DNA of 32,000 bases from Delftia acidovorans NBRC 14950 (GTDB taxonomy: Bacteria > Pseudomonadota > Gammaproteobacteria > Burkholderiales > Burkholderiaceae_C): NCBI RefSeq assembly GCF_001598795.1, contig NZ_BCZP01000002.1:360001-392000 (forward strand), written 5' to 3'. The notes below the pieces were generated by a model. The model searched no databases. It was not told the origin of the DNA and saw only the letters and a program-made list of their open reading frames with translations. Made by a program: the position numbers and the translations under genes. How positions within the stretch are numbered: the first letter of the stretch is position 1; each line of letters opens with the position of its first letter. Below are positions 1 through 8,001 of the stretch, piece after piece.

Positions 1-453
1 TTTGCAGGCGACGGCGGGGCCTATGTCTGGGGGCTGGCGATTGCCCTGGCCAGCATTGCCTTGGTGCAGCGCAATTCCGCAGTCTCGCCATGGTTTCCCA
101 TGCTGCTGCTGATCTATCCGGTCTGGGAGACGGTGTTCTCCATCTACCGCAAGCTGATGCGCGGCATGTCGCCGGGCATGGCGGATGCCCTGCATTTCCA
201 CCAGTTGATCTACCGGCGCATCGTGCGCGGTGTGTTCGACGACGATCTGGCACGGCGCATGCTGCGCCGCAATAACCGGACTTCACCCTACCTGTGGGCC
301 TTCACGCTGCTGACCGTGGTGCCGGCATTGCTGTTTTGGAGCAACACGCCCGTTCTGGTGGGTTTTTGCCTTCTGTTCGTGGTCAGCTATGTGATCGCCT
401 ATCTGGCCATCGTGCGCTTCAAGCTGCCGGGCTGGATGCAGAACAATGGATGA
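1..453 (+). CDS. 3' part of a polytopic membrane glycosyl-phosphate transferase (GT4, MraY/WecA-like); the 5' end lies outside the window
   Basis: Frame 1 is open from nt 1 (FAGDGGAYVWGLAIALASIAL...) to TGA 451-453. It has several hydrophobic helices separated by basic loops (YRKLMRGMSPG, IYRRIVRG). The family call is from memory only. Confidence 0.45.
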   Translation, partial: FAGDGGAYVWGLAIALASIALVQRNSAVSPWFPMLLLIYPVWETVFSIYRKLMRGMSPGMADALHFHQLIYRRIVRGVFDDDLARRMLRRNNRTSPYLWAFTLLTVVPALLFWSNTPVLVGFCLLFVVSYVIAYLAIVRFKLPGWMQNNG

Positions 454-563
454 TGGCCGGGCGCCAGTGGGCGTTCCGTCATCCGGGCATGCAACACTGC
501 CGCGCAGTTGCGGCACAATGCCCGCCTTGTTGTTGACTACTTCCACGCCCCAGGGCTAGCACC

Positions 564-1454
564 ATGAACGATATCCTCTCGATTGCCCCCCGCGACAAGG
601 CCGAAATCCTCGCCCAGGCCCTGCCCTATATCCGCAAGTTCCATGGCAAGACCATGGTCATCAAGTATGGCGGCAACGCCATGACCGATCCGGCCCTGCA
701 GGCCGACTTCGCGGAAGACGTGGTGCTGCTGAAGTTGGTGGGCATGAATCCGGTGGTGGTGCATGGCGGCGGGCCGCAAATCGAGACGGCTCTCAACCGC
801 CTGGGCAAGAAGGGCGAGTTCATCCAGGGCATGCGCGTGACCGACGCGGAAACCATGGAAGTCGTGGAATGGGTGCTGGCCGGCGAGGTGCAGCAGGACA
901 TCGTGGGCCTGATCCACCAGGCCGGTGGCAAGGCCGTGGGCCTGACAGGGCGCGATGGTGGCCTGATCCGCGCACGCAAGCTCAAGATGGTCGACAACAA
1001 GGATCCGAACATCGAGTACGACGTGGGCCAGGTGGGCGACATCGTCTCCATCGACCCCAGCGTGGTACGCGCGCTGCAGGATGACGCCTTCATCCCCGTG
1101 ATCAGCCCCATCGGCTTTGGCGAGGAAAACGAGAGCTACAACATCAACGCCGACGTGGTCGCCAGCAAGCTGGCCACCGTGCTGCAGGCCGAAAAGCTGG
1201 TGCTGCTGACCAACACTCCCGGCGTGCTGGACAAGGCCGGCAGCCTGCTGACCGACCTCACGGCACGCGAGATCGACGCCCTGTTCGCCGACGGCACCAT
1301 CTCGGGCGGCATGCTGCCCAAGATCAGCGGCGCCCTGGATGCCGCCAAGGCGGGAGTCAACGCCGTGCACATCATCGACGGCCGCGTGCCGCATGCCATG
1401 CTGCTGGAAATCCTGACCGACCAGGCCTACGGCACCATGATCCGCAGCCATTGA
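564..1454 (+). CDS. argB: acetylglutamate kinase
   Basis: The 296-aa product carries hallmark ArgB motifs: [28 protein letters not shown] and YNINAD. Confidence 0.95.
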   Translation: MNDILSIAPRDKAEILAQALPYIRKFHGKTMVIKYGGNAMTDPALQADFAEDVVLLKLVGMNPVVVHGGGPQIETALNRLGKKGEFIQGMRVTDAETMEVVEWVLAGEVQQDIVGLIHQAGGKAVGLTGRDGGLIRARKLKMVDNKDPNIEYDVGQVGDIVSIDPSVVRALQDDAFIPVISPIGFGEENESYNINADVVASKLATVLQAEKLVLLTNTPGVLDKAGSLLTDLTAREIDALFADGTISGGMLPKISGALDAAKAGVNAVHIIDGRVPHAMLLEILTDQAYGTMIRSH

Positions 1455-1537
1455 GGCCCGATGGCGCGGACTTTGCGGTTCGCGTTACCATCGCGCATGG
1501 CCCGGGCGTGGTCTGACGGCCTGGGCCGGTTTGCTGC

Positions 1538-1566
1538 AAGCCGCCTTTGGGCGGCTTTTGTTTTTT
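1538..1566 (+). terminator. rho-independent terminator after argB
   Basis: Stem AAGCCGCC (1538-1545), loop TTTG, stem GGCGGCTT (1550-1557), then TTGTTTTTT. Confidence 0.7.
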
Positions 1567-1575
1567 AGGTTTGAT

Positions 1576-2295
1576 ATGCGTTTGCTTCTTGTGGAAGACG
1601 ATGTGATGGTGGCCAGCGGCATCAAGCTGGGGCTGTCCGATGCGGGCTATGCCGTGGACTGGGTCGGCAGTGCCGAGCGCGCCCTGGAGGTGCTGGCCCA
1701 GGAAGCCTTCGACCTGGCCGTGATCGACATCGGCCTGCCCGGTATCGATGGGCTGGAGCTCACGCGCCGCCTGCGCAGCAGCGCGGTGGAGAGCTCGGCC
1801 ATGCCCGTGCTGATCCTGACGGCGCGCGATGCGCTGCAGGACCGCGTGCAGGGCCTGGATCAGGGCGCCGACGACTACATGGTCAAGCCCTTCGAGCTTC
1901 CTGAGCTGCTCGCCCGGCTGCGTGCGCTGCTGCGCCGCTCGCAGGCAGCCACATCGGCCGTCCTGAGCTTTGGCCCCATCGAGCTGGACACGGCAGGCCG
2001 CCGCGCCGGCGCACGCCAGCCTGCGCAAGACGATGAGAGCGAGGGAAAACTGCTGCCCATCGACCTGGGTCCGCGCGAATGGACCGTGCTGGAATACCTG
2101 CTGATCCACGCGCCCAAGCCCGCCAGCAAGGACAAGCTGCTGCAGGCGCTCACGGGCTGGGACCGCGAGATCACGCCCAATGCGGTCGAGGTCTATGTCT
2201 CTCGCCTGCGCAGCAAGCTGGAGCCGCATGGCGTGGCGCTTCGTTCCATCCGAGGCTTCGGCTATCGGCTGGAACTCTCGCATACCGCAGCCTGA
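1576..2295 (+). CDS. OmpR/PhoB-family two-component response regulator
   Basis: The product starts MRLLLVEDD, has a receiver domain (DLAVIDIGLPGIDG, KPF) and a C-terminal winged helix (VEVYVSRLRSKL, IRGFGYRL). I chose the ATG at 1576 rather than the upstream ORF-track start, which overlaps the argB terminator. Confidence 0.9.
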   Translation: MRLLLVEDDVMVASGIKLGLSDAGYAVDWVGSAERALEVLAQEAFDLAVIDIGLPGIDGLELTRRLRSSAVESSAMPVLILTARDALQDRVQGLDQGADDYMVKPFELPELLARLRALLRRSQAATSAVLSFGPIELDTAGRRAGARQPAQDDESEGKLLPIDLGPREWTVLEYLLIHAPKPASKDKLLQALTGWDREITPNAVEVYVSRLRSKLEPHGVALRSIRGFGYRLELSHTAA

Positions 2296-2332
2296 TGCGG
2301 ACATGGCGCATGGCCCCAGGCGCTGACCGCCC

Positions 2333-3820
2333 ATGACAGCCAATCTGCGCCTTCGCCTGCTGGTGCTGCTGGTGGTGCCGCTGACGCTGCTGGCACTGAT
2401 GGGCGGCTGGTTCGGCTATCGCTCGGCAGACGAGGCCTCCACCCAGCATGACCAGCGCCTTCTGCGCCTGCTGCCTGCGCTGGCCGATTCGGTGCTGGCG
2501 CCGTCGATCGCCGAGGGAACGCCGCCCCTGGTGGCGCTGACGCCCGCCATCGAGGACGTCTTGCGCCAGCGCGGCGACGACGTCGGATATGCCATAGGTG
2601 ACCTGCAGGGCCATGTCGTTGCCGGCGATACCTGGATCCGCTTCGACGTGCCTTCCACGCCGCTGGCCGAGTTCCACAGCCAGGAGCATGACGGCCTGAC
2701 CTACCGCGTGGCCGTCATGCGCGCCGAGACCTATGGTGCCGGTGAAATGGTGCTAGTGCTGGCCGACGGTGGCGATGTGCGCCAGCAATGGGTGCGCCAG
2801 TTGCTGCTGCATGTGCTGCTGCCCAGCGTGCTGCTGATTGCGGGTGCCGGCATCGCCATCTACTGGTCGGTCAGCCGGGCTTTCCGGCCGCTTCTGACCC
2901 TGACCCAGGCGGTGGAACGGCGCTCGCCGCGCGACCTCAGTCCCATCTCGGAGCACAGCTCGCCGGCCGAAGTCCGTCCGCTGGTGCGCTCGCTCAACCG
3001 ATTGTTTGCACTGGTCAACGCCCAGGCCGAAGGCCAGCGGCGCTTTGTGGCCGATGCGGCCCATCAACTGCGCACGCCGCTGGCGGCCTTGCAGGCCCAG
3101 GTCGAGGCCTGGGCACTGAGCGCGCAGGCTGCCCAGGCCGAGGCGAGGCGCAAGGGCACCGAGGCCCAGGTGGTGCTCAGCGTGACGCAGATCGAGCAGT
3201 TGCGCGACGCCACGCGGCGCACCTCGCAGCTGGCCCGCCAGTTGCTGGCGCTGTCACGTGCCGACGCCCGCAATGCCGAAGTCCAGCCGCTGCAGAAGGT
3301 GGACCTCAAGGACCTGTGCGAAAGCATGCTGGAAATGTTTTTCGACCAGGCCAGCGCCAAGGGGCTGGACTTCGGCCTTGACGTGGCGGCCGCCAGTGTC
3401 TGGGGCCACAGCTGGCTGCTGCGCGAACTGGTTTCCAACCTCGTGGACAACGCCATCAAGTACACGCCGCCCGGCGGCAGCGTCACGCTGCGCTGCGGCA
3501 TGTACCATGGCGCGGCACAGTCTGCGGATGAGCCGCAAGGCTGGGCCTTCCTGGAGATCGAGGACGACGGCCCCGGCGTGCCCGAGGCCGAGCGCTCGCA
3601 GATCACGCAGCGCTTTTACCGCGCGCAGGGCGCGGCCGGTGACGGCACCGGGCTGGGATTGGCCATTGCCGAAGAAATCGCCCTGCTGCACCAGGGCACT
3701 CTGGCCTTTGGCGCCGCAGCGCAAGGCAAGGGCCTGCTGGTACGCTTGGAGCTTCCATTGCAAATGCCGGCCATGCTCTCGGAAACAATAGCAGCGCAAG
3801 CAACAGGCAAGCGATCCTGA
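2333..3820 (+). CDS. sensor histidine kinase, partner of the upstream regulator
   Basis: Two hydrophobic segments flank a periplasmic-type region. H-box FVADAAHQLRTPL, N-box NLVDNAIKYTP and G-box GTGLGLAIA are all present. Confidence 0.9.
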   Translation: MTANLRLRLLVLLVVPLTLLALMGGWFGYRSADEASTQHDQRLLRLLPALADSVLAPSIAEGTPPLVALTPAIEDVLRQRGDDVGYAIGDLQGHVVAGDTWIRFDVPSTPLAEFHSQEHDGLTYRVAVMRAETYGAGEMVLVLADGGDVRQQWVRQLLLHVLLPSVLLIAGAGIAIYWSVSRAFRPLLTLTQAVERRSPRDLSPISEHSSPAEVRPLVRSLNRLFALVNAQAEGQRRFVADAAHQLRTPLAALQAQVEAWALSAQAAQAEARRKGTEAQVVLSVTQIEQLRDATRRTSQLARQLLALSRADARNAEVQPLQKVDLKDLCESMLEMFFDQASAKGLDFGLDVAAASVWGHSWLLRELVSNLVDNAIKYTPPGGSVTLRCGMYHGAAQSADEPQGWAFLEIEDDGPGVPEAERSQITQRFYRAQGAAGDGTGLGLAIAEEIALLHQGTLAFGAAAQGKGLLVRLELPLQMPAMLSETIAAQATGKRS

Positions 3821-3902
3821 CGGTTGCGCTCATGGGGACAGCTTTGTGCGGAGTTGCCGCCGAGGGCTGTGAGAGAATTACTTACAAATAGTTGATCTGC
3901 TT

Positions 3903-4598
3903 ATGTCCGAGTCTGAAGTCCTGTCGCCTTTATCCGCTCCTGGCGCTGATGTCGTTTCCGACGAAGCCGCCTCCGCTTCCGCCCCTACGCCTGCGCGCAA
4001 ACGCCCCAAACCCGGGGAGCGGCGCGAGCAGATCCTGCAGGCGCTTGCGGCCATGCTGGAGAAGCCGGGCGCAGAACGCATCACCACGGCAGCGCTGGCA
4101 GCCCATCTGGGCGTCAGCGAGGCAGCCCTGTACCGCCACTTCGCCAGCAAGGCCCAGATGTTCGAAGGACTGATCGAGTTCATCGAGCAATCCGTCTTCA
4201 CGCTCGTGCAGCAGATCGTCGGGCGGGACGTGCCGGAGGAAGAGCGGCCCGCAGTGGATGGAATGCGCCAGGCCAGCCGCGTGATCTCCCTGGTGTTGCA
4301 GTTCGGCGAGCGCAACCCCGGCATGGTGCGCGTCATGGTGGGCGATGCTATCGTCTTCGAGCACGAGCGCCTGCAGGCCCGTATGAACCAGTTCTTCGAC
4401 CGCATCGAATCCACGCTGCGCCAGTGCCTGCGCCCCGCCGCCGGTGCGCTGGGCTCTTCCGCCCCGACGGTCGATGCACAGGTGGCCGCCAGCGTGCTGA
4501 CATCGTTCGCGCTGGGCCGCCTGCAGCGCTACGCGCGCTCGGGTTTCCGCCGCCTGCCGACCGAGCATCTGGAAGCCAGCCTGGCCTTGATGGTCTGA
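3903..4598 (+). CDS. slmA: nucleoid occlusion factor SlmA (TetR fold)
   Basis: Long colinear similarity to my recollection of E. coli SlmA: REQILQALAAMLE, RITTAALAAHLGVSEAALYRHF, MFEGLIEFIE, FGERNPG. Confidence 0.85.
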   Translation: MSESEVLSPLSAPGADVVSDEAASASAPTPARKRPKPGERREQILQALAAMLEKPGAERITTAALAAHLGVSEAALYRHFASKAQMFEGLIEFIEQSVFTLVQQIVGRDVPEEERPAVDGMRQASRVISLVLQFGERNPGMVRVMVGDAIVFEHERLQARMNQFFDRIESTLRQCLRPAAGALGSSAPTVDAQVAASVLTSFALGRLQRYARSGFRRLPTEHLEASLALMV

Positions 4599-4636
4599 AC
4601 ATGGCCCAGCGGACCCCAGGGTCCGCTTTGCAGCAA

Positions 4637-4666
4637 AGCCACCCGCTTGCGCCGGTGGCTTTTTTT
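4637..4666. terminator. rho-independent, possibly bidirectional, terminator between slmA and the Mor-like gene
   Basis: Stem AGCCACC (4637-4643), 10-nt loop, stem GGTGGCT (4654-4660), then a T-run to 4666. A second hairpin (GCGGACC/GGTCCGC) lies at 4609-4626. Confidence 0.7.
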
Positions 4667-4701
4667 GCGACCAGGGCCTTGCTTCGTCGCGGTGGCTGTG
4701 C

Positions 4702-5214
4702 TCAGCCCACGAGATTGCGCCGTCGCCTGGCCGGTGCTGTCACGCCCAGCGCCGCAACGATGCGCCCCACCTGGCCTTCCGTAATCCCATGCTCGGCAGC
4801 CAGTTGCCGGGCCGTTTTGTCCGTGGCGTAGTCTGCAGCGATGCGCTGGTTGCGCAGTGCCTGCAGTGCACGCGCTGCCCTGGGCAGCTGGAAGTGGGGC
4901 AGGCCGCCATACTCACGGGCGAGCTGGAGCAAGGCTGGCACGCCGATGGTGGCCGCATAGGGATGCTCGGCTGTGACCTTGTCCGGTGTGGGAATGTAGA
5001 TGCGCAGTCCACCCCAGCGTTGCACCAGGGCCATCGTGGACTGCAGCCCGATCAGGCGCTCGAAGTCCTGCAGCAGGGGCGGAAGCAGATCGCTGCAAGT
5101 GCCATGATGCGGGTCCGAGGCAGCTGCCACGGGCGTGTGCATGCCGATGGTGGGGGGCAGGGCAGCAGGCCGAAAGCCCTGGAAGACAGGTGCCGGATGG
5201 TGTTCGGAATGCAT
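4702..5214 (-). CDS. Mor-family (phage Mu middle-operon-regulator-like) transcriptional activator
   Basis: The C-terminal half resembles Mu Mor. WGGLRIYIPT parallels Mor GGGQVYIPR, followed by RNQRIAADY and an HTH (ARQLAAEHGITEGQVGRIV). I chose the ATG at 5214 because the longer ORF-track start at 5310 would overlap the operators and the repressor start. Confidence 0.6.
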   Translation of the reverse strand: MHSEHHPAPVFQGFRPAALPPTIGMHTPVAAASDPHHGTCSDLLPPLLQDFERLIGLQSTMALVQRWGGLRIYIPTPDKVTAEHPYAATIGVPALLQLAREYGGLPHFQLPRAARALQALRNQRIAADYATDKTARQLAAEHGITEGQVGRIVAALGVTAPARRRRNLVG

Positions 5215-5231
5215 TTTGGCTGTACGCTCTT

Positions 5232-5286
5232 GGTTCAAAAGGAAACGGTTCAATTTGAACCATATTCTTGGTCCATAACGAACCAA
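5232..5286. promoter_or_regulatory. operator cluster of the divergent switch
   Basis: GGTTCAA occurs at 5232-5238. A perfect 7-1-7 palindrome GGTTCAATTTGAACC lies at 5247-5261. An imperfect 7-5-7 inverted repeat TTGGTCC-ATAAC-GAACCAA lies at 5268-5286. That gives five GGTTC/GAACC-type cores in 55 bp of an AT-richer gap. Confidence 0.55.
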
Positions 5287-5975
5287 TGTCAAGATTCGCC
5301 ATGCCTGCAAAACCTGTGACTGATGCGCTTACATCCAACGTTGATGAGGTACTGGCGCGCATGGCTGAAGCCTTGGGACCCGACTGGATGGCGGGCATGG
5401 AGGTTCAGCCTGAAACGGTGCGGACCTGGCGCAAGCGCGGGGAAGTGCCAGCACGGCAACTGCTGCGGGCCTCGCAGCGAGCGGGCCGGCCGCTGGAGTA
5501 TTTCAACGGCACGGGTGCAGCGAAGCCTGGGGCCCGGCATGGTGGGGCGGCCGAGGACGAGTTCACGCAGATCGAGATGCTCGATGCGCACGTCAGCGCA
5601 GGGCATGGGGCCGTCAACGGCCCCGACGAGGTGATAGGTCGCTTCGCCTTCCGTTCGTCCTGGCTGCAGTCCAAAGGACTGGGCAGGCACAACGCCAAGA
5701 TCGTGCGTGCCCGTGGAAGATCCATGGCGGACCGCATCAACGATGGCGACATCCTGCTGGTCAACACCTCGGTCGATACGCTGACCCAGGATGGTGTCTA
5801 TGTGATCGAGCTGGAGGGTGAGAACTACGTCAAGCTGCTGGAGCGCGACTTCAGCACGGGCGGTGTGCGTATCGTCAGCTACAACCCCGCCTATCCGCCC
5901 CAGGTTCTGGAAGGCGAAGCGGCCAACCGGCTGCGCATCTGCGGCCGGGTCCTCTGGCACGGCGGAGAACTCTAG
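5286..5975 (+). CDS. phage CI-type repressor with a LexA-like S24 autopeptidase domain
   Basis: The N-terminus has a CI-repressor-type motif (VRTWRKRGEVPARQLL). A candidate Ala-Gly cleavage site lies in VSAGHG. The catalytic Ser is in GRSMADR and the Lys in NYVKLLER. The start is uncertain: TTG 5268, ATG 5286 or ATG 5301. Confidence 0.85.
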   Translation: MSRFAMPAKPVTDALTSNVDEVLARMAEALGPDWMAGMEVQPETVRTWRKRGEVPARQLLRASQRAGRPLEYFNGTGAAKPGARHGGAAEDEFTQIEMLDAHVSAGHGAVNGPDEVIGRFAFRSSWLQSKGLGRHNAKIVRARGRSMADRINDGDILLVNTSVDTLTQDGVYVIELEGENYVKLLERDFSTGGVRIVSYNPAYPPQVLEGEAANRLRICGRVLWHGGEL

Positions 5976-6214
5976 CCCCCGGGCCGCGCCGCCCAGCATC
6001 GCTCCAAAGACTTTGCCGCAGGCCTGAGGCCAGCTTGCGCGCTTCCGTCTTCTCCCAGCCTTTCTCGTCCTCCTCTTTCGTGCGTCCGTGCCTGCCCGAG
6101 CGGCAGGACGTTTGCGCTTGCCTGGCCGTTGGGGTGTGTCGGGCCAAGGCACATGTGCCTGGCATCCAGATCCGCTGCGCCTGAGAAGGCGCGCTCCTGT
6201 GGACGCTGAAATCG

Positions 6215-6245
6215 GGCCTGCATATGCAGGCCTTATTCATTTTTG
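6215..6245 (+). terminator. perfect 18-bp palindrome followed by a T-rich tract; terminator-like or a protein-binding site
   Basis: GGCCTGCATATGCAGGCC (6215-6232) is followed by TTATTCATTTTT. Confidence 0.35.
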
Positions 6246-6311
6246 CCTGCCTCGGCACAGTCACTCCATCGCAACGACGCATCTTTTTCTGCGTCCCCCA
6301 CGGAGTGACCC

Positions 6312-6419
6312 ATGTACGCCATCGCACAACTGTTCCTGCTCTTTGCCGCTCATCTGCGGCCCATCGTGGCCGAGGCTGCGGCGAGCGTGGCGGCGGCCTT
6401 TCCGGTGCTGCGCTCATGA
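6312..6419 (+). CDS. 35-aa hydrophobic micro-ORF, first cistron of the tail operon (hypothetical)
   Basis: GGAG at 6302-6305 lies 6 nt upstream of ATG 6312. The product is MYAIAQLFLLFAAHLRPIVAEAAASVAAAFPVLRS. Its TGA (6417-6419) overlaps the next ATG (6416-6418). It falls below the ORF-track length cutoff. Confidence 0.3.
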   Translation: MYAIAQLFLLFAAHLRPIVAEAAASVAAAFPVLRS

Positions 6420-6901
6420 ATGCACTGGCCCAGCATCGCAACGCCATCGTGTCCGTCCTGGCCTCGGTGCCGCAGATCGGCGTTGTGCAGGACCGCGAAC
6501 GCCATGCCGCCAGCGATGCAGAGCTGGCCGCCCTGTTCACGTACACGCCGCCTGCAGCAGGCACGGCCCATGTCCGCGGTTGGTGGCTGCGCAGAAGCAG
6601 CACGGCCGAGCACGGCAGCAGCACGGCCCGCACGGTGAGCGTGCACCAGTGGACGCTGCATGGCTACCTGGCCATCGCCGACACCCAGGCCGGCGAACTG
6701 CTGCTGGACGACCTGGTCGAGCAGTTCCGCGCCCTGGTGCGAGCCGATCCGACCCTGGGCGGCGCGTGCCAGCCCGGTCCCCTGGCAGGCAGCGACGACA
6801 GCACCGATGGCGTGCAGGTCGTGCGAGCCGAGCCTGTGGATTTCGCGGGAGTGCGTTGCCACTCCGTTGTCCTGCAACTCAGAACCTGGAGCTACCTGTG
6901 A
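6416..6901 (+). CDS. putative tail terminator / tail completion protein (gpU-position protein)
   Basis: A 161-aa ORF sits immediately upstream of the tube gene. Its size and position match siphovirus tail terminators. The function is assigned from gene order only, with no motif I can name. I preferred ATG 6416 over the 6224 start. Confidence 0.45.
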   Translation: MNALAQHRNAIVSVLASVPQIGVVQDRERHAASDAELAALFTYTPPAAGTAHVRGWWLRRSSTAEHGSSTARTVSVHQWTLHGYLAIADTQAGELLLDDLVEQFRALVRADPTLGGACQPGPLAGSDDSTDGVQVVRAEPVDFAGVRCHSVVLQLRTWSYL

Positions 6902-7031
6902 CCTGCACACCACCAAACCGGGCCTAGACCGGACACCTCGCACCTTTCCCGCAACCACTGTGGCCCGCGGCGCTGGAGAACGGCGCCCAAGGCCGCGAAA
7001 CCTCTCCTCATCTCTTCAAAGGATTTTCCAA

Positions 7032-7958
7032 ATGGCAGCAAAGATCATGCGCAAGATGGCCCTCCTGGCCCTGGTTGAAACCGTTGTCGGCACGGCCGTC
7101 GTACCGCTGGCGGCCAATGCCATGCTGGTCAGCGACGTGACCCTCACCCCCATCGAGGGCGACGTGGTCGAGCGCAACAACATCCGTCCCTTCTTCGGCT
7201 CCAGCGGCAGCACCCTGGTCACCGAATACCAGAAGGTGGCGTTCTCCGTGGAATTCGCGGGTGTGGCCGCGGCAGGCGAGCGTCCCGGCGTGACCGACCT
7301 GTTGCGTGCGTGTGCCGCCAGCGCCAGCACCGAGACTGGCGTGAAGACGGTCTTCGCTCCCGTGACCGACGGCATCCAGAGCGTGACCATCTACGGCAAC
7401 GTGGACGGCACCCTCTACAAGATGCATGGCGCACGCGGCGAGGTGGAGTTCAGCACCGATGCCAAGGCCATTCCCAAGTGGAAGTTCGAGTTCACGGGCT
7501 CCTTTGTCCCCGCAGTGGATGAGGCCCTGCCGGCTGTGGACTACAGCGACTTCGTCGCTCCCCTGGGCGTCAACAAGACCAACACCCAACTGACCCTCGA
7601 CGGCCTGGCGGTGGCCTGCAGCGCCTTCAGCTTCAAGTGCGGCAACCAGGTGGTCAAGCGCGATCTGATGAACGTGGACACCGTGGAAATCACGGACCGC
7701 AAGTCCACGGGCAGCGTCACCTTCGAGAACACCAGCGTGGCCACCAAGGACTGGATCGGCCTGGCGCGTGCCAGCGCCATCGTGCCCGTCACGCTCAAGC
7801 ACGGCCCGGGCGCCACCAACACCGTCAGTTTCAAGAGCGCGCGCGCCCAGATCGGCAAGCCGACCTACAGCGACAGCGATGGCGTGCAGATGATCACCAT
7901 CCCCCTGTCGTTCATTCCCTCCGACGCGGGCAACGACGAGTGGTCCATCGAGATCTGA
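7032..7958 (+). CDS. major tail (tube) protein
   Basis: A 308-aa beta-rich protein sits directly upstream of the G/GT chaperone pair, with AAGGA upstream of ATG 7032. The ORF-track start at 6660 overlaps the previous gene and gives an Arg/Pro-rich extension, so I rejected it. Confidence 0.7.
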   Translation: MAAKIMRKMALLALVETVVGTAVVPLAANAMLVSDVTLTPIEGDVVERNNIRPFFGSSGSTLVTEYQKVAFSVEFAGVAAAGERPGVTDLLRACAASASTETGVKTVFAPVTDGIQSVTIYGNVDGTLYKMHGARGEVEFSTDAKAIPKWKFEFTGSFVPAVDEALPAVDYSDFVAPLGVNKTNTQLTLDGLAVACSAFSFKCGNQVVKRDLMNVDTVEITDRKSTGSVTFENTSVATKDWIGLARASAIVPVTLKHGPGATNTVSFKSARAQIGKPTYSDSDGVQMITIPLSFIPSDAGNDEWSIEI

Positions 7959-8001
7959 CGCCTCACCTCCCTGCCTGACAACTACACATCCAAGGATCAC
8001 C

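Noticed and set aside
3821-3902. SlmA-binding-site-like sequence (GTGAGAGAATTACTTAC) upstream of slmA.
   Set aside because: It matches only the GTGAG half of the GTGAGTACTCAC consensus I remember, which is too weak to call.
4654-4669. Possible att-type direct repeat: GGC-T(7)-GCG at 4658-4669 versus GGC-T(6)-GCG at 17042-17053, flanking the island.
   Set aside because: Both are simply the 3' arm plus U-tract of intrinsic terminators. The match is short and low-complexity, and no integrase is present. It is still worth a formal alignment against island-free relatives.
5215-5310. A longer Mor-like protein starting at 5310 (202 aa).
   Set aside because: The extra 32 codons would run through the operator cluster and overlap the repressor start. 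The ATG at 5214 leaves a sensible divergent promoter region.
5976-6311. LexA (SOS) box or additional genes between the repressor and the tail operon, including minus-strand ORFs 5289-6152, 5875-6633 and 5972-6223.
   Set aside because: I saw no CTGT-N8-ACAG-type site. The minus-strand ORFs are Arg/Ala-rich antisense artefacts with no RBS or motifs.
6660-7031. N-terminal extension of the tube protein ORF (ORF-track start 6660, 432 aa).
   Set aside because: The extension overlaps the preceding gene in another frame and translates to an Arg/Pro/Trp-rich sequence. An internal ATG at 7032 with an upstream AAGGA gives a typical 308-aa tube protein.
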